64,000 bases of DNA from Lama guanicoe (lineage: Eukaryota), in NCBI GenBank assembly GCA_013239625.1, contig MU053881.1, positions 8,145,957 to 8,209,956 of the forward strand, in the 5' to 3' direction. Position numbers and translations under genes: made by a program. Positions within the stretch are counted from its first letter, which is position 1; every line of letters begins with the position of its first letter. The notes under the pieces were generated by a model. The model made no database searches. It was given only the letters and a program-made list of their open reading frames with translations, and was not told the DNA's origin. This document shows positions 38,876-48,946 of the stretch, one piece after another.

Positions 38876-39017
38876 TATTTTTGTTTTTTTTTTCTTTTTG
38901 GGGAGGAAGGTAATTATGTTTATTTATGTATTTATTTTACCGGAGGTACCGGGGACTGAACCCAGGACCTCGTGCATGCTATGCAGGTGCTCTTCCGCTG
39001 AGCTACACCCTTCCCCC
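38876..39017 (-). mobile_element. tRNA-Ala-derived SINE, vic-1-like
   Basis: Reverse complement of the SINE; TSD tctccctgcaa at 38860-38870 and 39019-39029. Confidence 0.9.
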
Positions 39018-39959
39018 TTCTCCCTGCAACTAATCGGAAACAGGTTCAGTTCCTGCAGAATTTCATTTCAATAACACACATTTGTCGTTTATTAGTAACA
39101 ACCCTTGTTATCTTGTGGGGGGGGGCGCAAGGTAGTCTGTCAGCTTCCCTCCTTAAAACGGGCTGCTGGGAAGTGAGTCAGGTGCCCGTTTGGGCAAAAA
39201 GTGTGTTTAAAGCATCCCTGCTGAACTGCGAGAACAGAAATATTCCACATGGAGACATGTCAGAATCCGAGGTTAGGACAGGGCATGTGCTCCCAACTCT
39301 GGTCTCCCGAGGAGTGAGCTGCCCTCTTCTCCCAGGCTCCGTCCATCCCCTTCCTCACTGGAGACTGAGGGTGAACGCTTAGCTTCTCTTGTTTCCCCTG
39401 CCCACCCTGGCTGCTGGGCTTCTAGGATGTGAATAGAGATGGTGACCCTGAGTGTGCAGCCAGCCCAATGGCCCCCAGCTCTGTCACTAGCTCGGAGGTC
39501 AGTCCTCCCCGAGGCAAGGAAAGCTCCTAGTGTATCTCCAGGGCCATCACCTCCTCCGCTGCGCCATCACAGCACCCCCAGGGAACCCGCGCATTCAGTG
39601 AGCGCTCACTGACTACCTGGCGTGCATGGGAACGGCACCCATGTGGGGCAGGCGGTCGTTTCAGGTGGAAGCGTTCACACAAATGCTGGCTACGGTCGAT
39701 GTTAAGCCTGCTCCAGGAGGTCTTAACCCAAACCAGGCTGTCTTGGGGCTGGAATAAGTTAAGACAACCCAGGCACCTGTTGTTTGATTTTCTTGGAAGG
39801 CAGACAAGACCACTGGAGTTTTCCAATGGAGCAGACAAGATCTTGGAGTTTTCCAAGCAACAGACCAATTACAAGGCAGTGAGCAAAACTTCACTCCCTG
39901 TAGCTCACTTTCCCTCACCAGCTGTTTCACAAGGATAACTACTGTTGCTAATAATAACA

Positions 39960-40170
39960 GCCAACACCTACCAAATACTTAATATGCGCCAGAGTTGTGC
40001 TAAGCAATTTCATGTACACACTATCACGTGATCTTGACAACAATGCTAAGAGGAAGGTATTGTTGGAAGGCCCATTTTACAGATGTGCAAACTGAGCAAC
40101 TGACGGGATAAGTAAGCAGGCCATTGTCTCTGAGCACATGAGTGGTGGAGCTTTGGAAGGCAAGCAGTCT
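39960..40170 (-). mobile_element. MIR SINE
   Basis: gtgctaagcaatttcatgtac...cccattttacagatgtgcaaactgag. Confidence 0.7.
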
Positions 40171-42057
40171 GAATCTGGAGCCCACTCCAGAGACGTCTGC
40201 TTCAGACCCAGTCATGGGCTGATCTGCTGAGCTAGTTTTGTGATTCGGGAAAAAGAATTCCTCACTGGCTCAAGCCAAAGAGGAGATGCTGTAGAACTGA
40301 TGGTGAATCGGCTCCTTTTGTTCCATCTCAGTGTAAGTCACAGGCCGCTGTCTCCCGTGGAACCTCGTCCCATCCATTGTCCTCACCCCACTGAAGTTTA
40401 CCCTGAGCTCTGTCCAAGAGCCGCTTGGTTTTAGAGACTGGGCCGAGGTGAGGTGGTGAGAATTCTCCCCAGCAGCAGACGCTGACTCATTTTGTGATGC
40501 TTTCTCGTGGGAGGAAGCCTTCCCTCTCTCGTGTACGTGGGGAAGGTCTTGGGAAGACAAATTCCGGACTCATTCCATGCTTTGGTCGTTGAGTGAATGG
40601 CTTATCCCTCTTAAAGGACTGATGAGGCAACAGGCAGGAAGGCAGGTCCCACCCAGGGAGCTGTTGGGGAGGGAAGGAGCAAGCCAGGTCCCACTAGGTG
40701 AGTCCTGAGAACAGGTGACGGCTCCCCCCGGTCTGGTCTCCCAGAATCTCAGCTTCCCTCTGATCGCCGTAGGAAAGCCCAGTTGCCTCCTGTGTCTGGG
40801 GAGTCAGAGAAGGTCCCGTTTTTCAGACAGGCCACCCGTGCACTTGCAGTTTGAGTCACCATGACAACTCACAGCCCATGAGCTGCAGCGCAGCCATCAT
40901 CAGGAGAGAAGAGTCATCTTTGCCCCTGGCTGGGACTTGGAGGGCCCTTCTTGTTTCCTTGGGCGAGGGTGGCCAGAGCACCCATTCGCAAGCACAGAGA
41001 AGACGCTGGGCAGGGCCAGAGTTTCTTGACCTCGTGACACCATGTATTACCAGGTTCTTCCCCACGTCTGGCCTCAGGAGGTTGCTGAAGGTCAAAATAA
41101 ATCCCCCATATTTCTTAGGGAAAGGACGAAAGCCCGTTGTTTCTAAGGCAGGACCTTATTACCATTAATAGATAAAAGACATGCAGGATGGCAGAGGGTT
41201 AATTCTAAAGAAATTTTTTTTAAGAAGGGAAGACACAATAATGAAGGAGGTGAACTCTAGTTACTGCAGCTGAATCATGGTCCAGAAGAGCTCCCCTCCC
41301 TGGCGTCCTCATGAATAGTTTATACAAACGCTTACTAGTGGGAAGGACTTGCAGGGACACACAGAGAATGAAGGGACTTTGTAACCCATTCTTGAAAAAT
41401 GATCACCCTCCTGGAGGAGCCAGAGAAAGGGTAATGCCGTGGGCTGTCGGTACCTTCTTCCGCCCCACCCCATGCATGCACTTGAGTGTTTATGAAAGAG
41501 AAACTGACTTCCTGGCCTTACTTTAGGTAAAGGAGGCTCTATGAAGCATCCCCCCTGGAAGGGGCCTGGGCCCATCTTCCTATCCCGTGGTCTTTCCCGG
41601 AAGGGCTTCCCTCATTCTCCAGGAAGGAGCCAATACACTCCTCCTTGACACCAGTTTTCTGAGAAGACCTCATACACTGGGGTTTGGAATATGCTTTTGG
41701 CGTTTCCAGACAAACACGGTTTCTCAGTAGGAGGAGCAGCCGGAAACCACTGTCGTCCGCAGACCCGTGGGCAGGTGTGGGGAATGTAAATATCACCTGA
41801 ATGATAGCTCGGGGCCCCTGATCAACGTGCGAACCACTGGAGTTACCAAGGTGATTTTGATGCAATTTATCATTAACTCTGACTCCAGATGTTTGTGTTT
41901 TCCAAACCTTGTGGCAACGGCTATGAGCTCAGGGGAGTCTTGGCTGAGGAGGAGATGTGGGCAAGGGCAGTGGCTAAAAATGGGGCCTCAGTGGTCCCCT
42001 ACCCCATTACTGCCCCTGTAGCCAGAGACAGGAACCAATAAAGAGTAAGAACAGCTG

Positions 42058-42179
42058 GGGAGGAGGGTATAGCTCAGTGGCGGAGTGCGTGCTCAGCATG
42101 CACGAGGTCCTGGATTCAGTGCCCAGTACTGCCATTAAAAAAACGATGACGACCTATTTACCTCCCCACCCCCAAAAAG
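42058..42179 (+). mobile_element. tRNA-Ala-derived SINE, vic-1-like, perfect 15-bp TSD
   Basis: ggagggtatagctcagtggcggagtgcgtgctcagcatgcacgaggtcctgg...; TSD gagtaagaacagctg at 42043-42057 and 42180-42194. Confidence 0.9.
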
Positions 42180-45100
42180 GAGTAAGAACAGCTGCTACAT
42201 TATGAACTCTGACCAGGAGACTGGAGATGGGGAACCTTTTCACAGATCAGAGTGGACCCCATTGCCCTCCTGTGGCCCATCGCCCCCATTACCTGGACCC
42301 TGAGTGAATGAGGCTGCAAGTGATGAGAGCACCTGGGACTTCTCTGGCCAGGCCAGGCCCGGTCCCCCAGCAGGACCGGAGTCACGTGTCCCCTCCTTAG
42401 CCCCGGCGCAGGACGTGGGATTTTTCATCCCCCACCGCTCCTCTCCCCCAGCGCCGAAGCTCTCAATGGCTTCCATTTCCTGCCGTCCTTTTTCTGAAGG
42501 CAGCAGCTCCTGGAAAGGATTCTCTCTCCGCAGCATCGTTCTGTTGGTTAGTCAATGGGCTGAGTGCTAATACCTCTTGACATGGAACATATGTGGAAGC
42601 TGAAAGTGCTCGGAGAAGTGGGAGGGAGGCCGGGGGCAGAGCGCCTCGCAGAGCGTTCGCCCACTCTCGTTAATTTCCTCTGATGGCAGCGCGGCTCTTG
42701 TCTCTCGTTTTATTGTAGACTCATCACTAAGTTAATGGGACTGGCTGCAAAAAACCTACTTCTTCTACCTCGAAGTTTTACGTACTTTCTGCAGTCTCTG
42801 AATGGGCATCAAGGTGGGAGTAAAGTCTTTGAACTAAGATGGCATGGGTCCAACCAAATCTCAACCTCCCACTTACTAGGTGTGCAACTTTCATCAAAGG
42901 TACTTAAGTTTTTTGAGTCCCAGAGGTGTCATCTGTCAGACGGAGGTAACACCTACCTCAGAGGGCTGTGGGGAGATTTCAGTGAGTTAATATTTGTAAG
43001 GAGCTGGGCGAGTGCCCGGCCACACATAGTGCTTACTACCTCTTGGGTCGTGTGGCCCCAGCTGTTCACCTGGCCCGATCATCCCGGCCCTTCCCTCTCT
43101 TTTTGGTTTATATGGCCTCTGAGTTTCCTTTGGGAGGTGGTCCGGCAGCAAGTGAACACAGTACACCTCCAACCCCTCCCCTACCCACTGGGTCCAACAG
43201 CGGATCAAACTGAGACCCAGTTGGGTGTCAATGTTCTGAGTTTGAGTATCAGGCAGCCTCTAGAATGAGGCTTGCATGAGGGGTGCTGTTGTCACTGCTC
43301 CATCGCCGTCCCCTGTTCTGCACAGAGGAGAGTGAGAATTCAGGGTCAGGGGAGTGCAGGGCAAGCATGCCAGCTCCCCAGCGGGCGCTTAGTCCGCCAT
43401 CCCTGAAGGCTGAGACCCTGCTCTGCACAGGCACAGGCCCCTCAGTGAAGAGCCCCCCACTTCGTGCCAATGGCCGTTTGGTAAGCGTCCCCAAAGTCCT
43501 CCCATCTCGCCAGCTTGTTGCCAGGTCCTCCCTAAGAGTCAGCAGGACTCCTGGTACCTCTGCACAGTCACGAGGCAAGCAGTCTTCCAGCACAACCAGA
43601 CCTCCGTTTACCTACAGTGTGCCCAGGTGCATCCCGAAGCTGGTGAAAAACAGCCACTCTCCAGAGACAGGGAACACCTTCCCCCAGGCACAGGAGAGAG
43701 AATATGGGTTTTACAGAGTGGATAAGAGATGAACCTTGGAGTCGGGCAGGCTGGAGCTTCACTGGGTGACCTCGGTTGAATCCATCACCACTCTGACCCT
43801 CAGCTTCCTCATCAGCAAAACGAGGACAATCATAGTGCTGCTGTGAGGGTGAGAGAAAATTCTTCACGGGCGGTGCTTTGGAAAACACTCGGCACGGGGC
43901 TGCACACAGAGCTGTGGTCTCTGGAGATGACGCTGCATTGTTATTAATTCACACAGCGGTTACACCTCTGCTCCGCACAGGGGGACGACCCAGGACAGAC
44001 GAAGCAGCCTTGATGGGAAGAGAGGCAGAATTAGTCCCTCCAGTGAAAGAGGCCTGTGTTCAGAACTTCTTACAGAATTGCTGAACCCCATCTCAAATAG
44101 TTGTGTACTCTTTGTCTGCTCCATCATAGAGTTTTTTTTCTCTTTTAAATTCCCCTGCAACTCTTGCCCATGTACCAGAGAGCTCAGAGATCCTTTCATG
44201 GAAGCCAGACTGAGTTGAGTACCTGCCAAGCTTCCTCCCAGAGGAGAGAGGACAGAAGGACAGGCTGTGGATGGAGCTGGTGCCGCGGATCAGTCAGGCT
44301 GTCCTCGGGGCGTCTAAATCTAGATAAGCAGCTTAATTTTATCTCTCCCTGCACCTATGCATCTTGCCTTAGGGAGCCGAACATCCTGGGAGACAATAAG
44401 TGACCAGGAGCCTCTGCCCTTTGTGTTTCCTTTTGCCCCTGCTTCATACACTGTCTCTGCCTAGTAATTGTGCCAGCCTGGGTTGTCTCGAGGCCTCACA
44501 TCTTTGTGATAACACCCTACGCTGAGAGACCTAGCAGTAGCATGGAACAAGAAAGCACTTGGCTCAGAAAAGGAAGCCTCGATCATTTTGATGGGTACGG
44601 AGGGTTGCCAGAGTGGCCTGCAGTTTGGATAGCCTTTCAAGGCAGGTCAGAATTGCCAGTCCCGCCTCCCTGTGGCTATCCTCCTTATCTAGTGTCTCGC
44701 ATTTGCCAGAACCAAGTACTGCAACTGGGCTCATGAATCTCCACTAGGGTGTCAAATCTAAATGCCTTCTCAGGCAAGGAAGGTAGAATAAACTTGTGAT
44801 GGGCAGACAGTAGGGAATGGTGAGGACTGTGGCAGACAGAGCGTATGTCTTCTCTAAAGTGAGCAACCACTTCATGGCTACCTCCAGTGGACCCAGTATT
44901 ACTGGTGCTTCTGATTTTTTTTTCAAGAGAAAACAGAAATATGGTGTGTATGTGAGAGAGAGAAAGAGAGGAGTGGAATGTCCCACTTTTTAAAACACTG
45001 GGAGGGCTGAATGAACAGAGTTGCACGTGGGGTCTTACAGTATGTAGCAAGGAAGAGTTTATCCTCAGGTTATGAGTCTGGCACCTCTGACTTGGTCTCC

Positions 45101-45224
45101 TTACTGTTAGCTCAGTATTCCCTAGCAAGGTGATGCCCTCAGAAAGCCCTGAACATCAAGATTTGGAACAAATCACTTACTACGTACTTTATTTTTCTTT
45201 TTGAAACCAGAGAACCAAAAAAAT

Positions 45225-45250
45225 TGTGTGTGTGTGTGTGTGTGTGTGTG
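45225..45250. repeat. (TG)n microsatellite
   Basis: Directly visible TG run. Confidence 0.95.
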
Positions 45251-45699
45251 AAGGGTCCCTGCCTCCCCTGTGGGGGCTTGGTCCCGTTGGAGCCTCTTGC
45301 CTTTCTCCCCGTTTCCCTGTTCCGTAGCATCCTCCTCGGAATGCCCCCCGAGTGGAGTGACTTTGACTAGCATATATGAAGCACAGGAAATTATTGGGGG
45401 AAATTGCTACAAAGAGGATGGACAGATGGGGGCGGGTGGGTAGATAAGGTGTTCATGAAGAACCTCTAGAGACCTCAATTGCCATAACTGCTTCCATCAT
45501 GCTCCCGGGAAACGTGTGACCTTGAGCAAGCCCACCAACCTCTCAGCCTCAGTTTCCTCACCTGTAACGCGTGAGGCTGGCTCTGCCCATCTGCCTGAGT
45601 TATTGTGAGAAAAACAGGATGTCAGAAAAGCAGGTTGGAAAACATGGAAAGTATTCGAGCAATATGAGCTTTTTTCTGCTGCGAGGCAAGAGGACATCT

Positions 45700-45980
45700 G
45701 CGTGAACCCTTGGGACCCGCCCATTATTAGCCAGATTAAACAGGCAGTTTTTCTTCCCCTCGTCACCGCCCCAGCTGCCTGCCTCTCTCCCGATGCGCCG
45801 GGGCCGAGGGGAGGCCAGGCCTGCAGCGAGGAGGGCGAGGGGGCGCGGGTGGTTCCGCTCCCACAGCAGCCCCTCCGTTCCCGACCCCAGTCCCCCGGAC
45901 CCTGGCACCAGGAGCTTCCGGAGGCAAGCCACCCCGTGATAAATCTCACGGGTCCCTCCCCACACGGGAAGCCCTGAGCC
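45700..45980. promoter_or_regulatory. short CpG/GC-rich intronic element, candidate promoter or enhancer
   Basis: Local CpG cluster (cgatgcgccggggccgagggg...gggcgagggggcgcggg) far from any exon, with ATTAgccagATTA just upstream. Function is inferred only. Confidence 0.35.
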
Positions 45981-46790
45981 AGCATTGAAAACAGAAACTT
46001 TTAAAATTCAAGATTTTTGCTGGTTTGTGTCTTACCCCCCTCACTTTCATTCACGAGTGATTGAGAAATGATTTTACACTAGTGTCGAGGGCACAGCTAG
46101 TCAGTCTAGGATTATAAAGGAAATTTTTAGGACCCAAAGTGCTTGCCTTACCAGCCTCATTCTGGAAAACACTCCTGTAACCATCATGGCCTCACCTGTG
46201 CTGGACCAGCATTTCACTGCAAAGGCAGCTTCCTTTGATGCTTGGGTTTTTTTGTTGTTGTTGTTTGTTTTTTGGGATTTTTTTTTTTCGGTGGGGGAAG
46301 GTTCTGAAGAACTAAAACCACAGCAGAATGGGGTCCCTCATGGACAAGGAAGGGTGAGCCTGGGGGATGGGTGTCATTTTAGAGGAGCGTGGCCCCCTGG
46401 AGTTGCCTATGGAGTTGAGTATATTTCTTAAGAAATGCTGGTGCTGAGCACTGAGAACGAAGGAAGGAATAACATAGGTGTCATCTGTGCCTTCATGGAG
46501 CTCACGGGTCTTGGGCGGGACGTGAATGGTAAAGAGAATAAATACCGTCTCACCACAAACTGGGAGAAGTGCTGTGAAGGAAATAAACAGGGGGCTGTGA
46601 GAGACAATGACGGGGGCCTGGGGGTCGTACCGGAGGTGAGGGGGTCAGCGCAGGCCTCTCGGAGGAGGCGGCCTTTGAGCTGAGATGCAGAGGCAGAGAA
46701 GCAACCACCTTATGAAGAAGGGTCAAGAGCATGTTCAGAGGACTTGGACCAAAATGCATGTGGTGTATTTGAGGAATCACAGAAGGTTCC

Positions 46791-46834
46791 GTGTGTGTGT
46801 GTGTGAGTGTGTGTGTGTGTGTGAGAGAGAGAGA
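46791..46834. repeat. compound (GT)n(GA)n microsatellite
   Basis: Directly visible. Confidence 0.9.
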
Positions 46835-47355
46835 ATGTGTATGTGGATGCACACATGCCTACCCATGGCTGTATTTTTTCCTGGGAGGATGACCTATATT
46901 GTTCATCAGATTTCCAATGGAAATCAGTGAGCCAAAAGAACTCTAAGGAATTTTCTGAATCAAAATTACCCTCAGTCAATCAACTAACGCTTCAAAACAA
47001 TTGTGCCAAATGATTTTTTTCCTCTTTTTTGGAGGGAGGTGTTCCTGGAAGCTCTGCCTTCTAATACAGAAAGCGGGTGCCAGTTTGGGTCATCCCCAAG
47101 GCCGGGGTGCAGGGGGAGGCACGAGGCCATCCGTGTGCTGCCCAGCGTCCACGGTGACTGGGGCAGGGGTGGGGCGTGAGGGCCCAGACCTGTCCAGAGT
47201 TTCGGTGGCCCCGGGCACGCAAGTCCCTCTCTTTCTCTGCTCAGGGCGGGAGCCCCTGGCCACAAGGAGGGCGCTGGGGAGTCCCACCAGACACAGCCCT
47301 TGCTCAGCAGGTAACGCCACCATTAGTGAGTCACCAGCCTCCCTTCTGCCCGCAG

Positions 47356-47499
47356 CCTCCTCAACGCCAACAAGATCAACTGCCTGCGGGTGAACACGTT
47401 CCAGGACCTGCAGAACCTCAACCTGCTCTCCCTGTATGACAACAAGCTGCAGACCATCAGCAAGGGGCTCTTTGCCCCCCTGCAGGCCATCCAGACGCT
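47356..47499 (+). CDS. SLIT3: SLIT3 exon (inferred exon 13), two D2 LRRs
   Basis: cccgcag| acceptor, 144 nt, |gtgagt donor; [47 protein letters not shown](L). Confidence 0.97.
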
Positions 47500-48782
47500 G
47501 TGAGTACGCTGCCTCGAGCGCCAGCGGTGCCCGGGCAGCAGGCGGCCCCAAACGCGCAGTCCCAGGGGACACTCAAAACACAGGCAAAGCAGGTTCCCGG
47601 AACCTGCAGCGAGAACGGAACACTAAGGACAGCAGCAGCGCCCCTGCGCTCGGTGCCCACCGGGTGGTCTTCCTGTGTTCCAACCCATAAGCCTCACAAC
47701 AGCCCTAGGAGATTGGTGCTGTTATGATTCCCCCATTTCTCTGTGAGGAAACCAAGGCACAGAGAGGTTGCGTAACTTACTGAAGGTTGCACAGCTAGTA
47801 AGAAACAGGATGTGAACTCTTTGCTGCTCACCTGCTCTCTTAACCACTGTGGCCACTGCATTATGAGCAGCCTCCATCTCTGCTGATACCCCTGCCCTGC
47901 CCACCCACAGCTGCCCCCACCACCCCTTGCAAAACCAACCCTCTGGTACCAGCACCTTGGGACTTTTTCACCTCCCTTTTTAGAGGGCAGTTCCTCACTC
48001 CCAAGCTCTGCAGATGTTCATAAATAGCGCCATCAGAGAGGTGACACCTGAGCACGGATCTCAGCAGGTGCTTTGGATGGCTCCACCCCTAAGCTTAAAC
48101 CAGAGCCCCAGCCCCAGGCCTCCCCACGAACCTGGGGGCCTCTGGAGGCCTTCTGAGTCATCTGGCACTTACCGCCCCTGTGGCCAGAGACGGGAGCCAA
48201 TAGAGAGAACAGCTGCTGCACACTGAGCCCCGACCACGTGCCGGGCGCTGGGTACGGCGCTCCGGAGCGCTTTCTTCTGAGCCGGGGGAAGCCAGACCCA
48301 CGGTGCTGCCCTCGTGATGCTGAGGATAACAGCAACCAAACCGGATACTATATATGGAACACCCACCATGTGCCCGCCGCCGTGCCAGCTGCTTTATGCG
48401 CCGGGTGTTACTGAGCTTGGAGAAATAAAATGCAGTCTGCTCTCAGCATAAACCCTAAGCCTGCAACTTGCTGTGCCCATCAGAACTGGCGTGGGTGAGA
48501 TTCGAGACAGTCAGTGGTGGGTCCTGCCCCCAGTGGGGAGAGTAAGAAGGCTGGTTCCCCAGCCCGGATGCCCGCCACACCTGTGACTGTCTTTTGCAGA
48601 CAGCAGGCCTCAGGCCCCCCCCTCTGGGTCCTGTCTGAGAGCAGCCCCCATGTCCCCCAAAGCCTCCCGGGGTGACGAGGGAGGGAGCCCGGCACTGGGA
48701 GGCCAGAGCCCGGCGCCGGGCAGGGTGGTGGCGGAGCGCGGCACCGAGAGTCACTCCTGATGAACTCCTGTCCCTCTCGCAG

Positions 48783-48946
48783 CCACTTAGCCCAAAACCC
48801 GTTTGTGTGCGACTGCCACTTGAAGTGGCTGGCCGACTACCTCCAGGACAACCCCATCGAGACCAGCGGGGCCCGCTGCAGCAGCCCACGCCGGCTGGCC
48901 AACAAGCGCATCAGCCAGATCAAGAGCAAGAAGTTCCGCTGCTCAG
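48783..48946 (+). CDS. SLIT3: SLIT3 exon (inferred exon 14), last LRR and LRRCT cap of D2
   Basis: ctcgcag| acceptor, 164 nt, |gtaatc donor; [54 protein letters not shown] (also visible in ORF 48760..49014). Confidence 0.97.

Noticed and set aside
42735..43268. 177-aa plus-strand ORF
   Set aside because: Runs through a MIR-like remnant; no domain or convincing splice context.
47090..47572. 160-aa minus-strand ORF
   Set aside because: Antisense shadow of GC3-rich exon 13.
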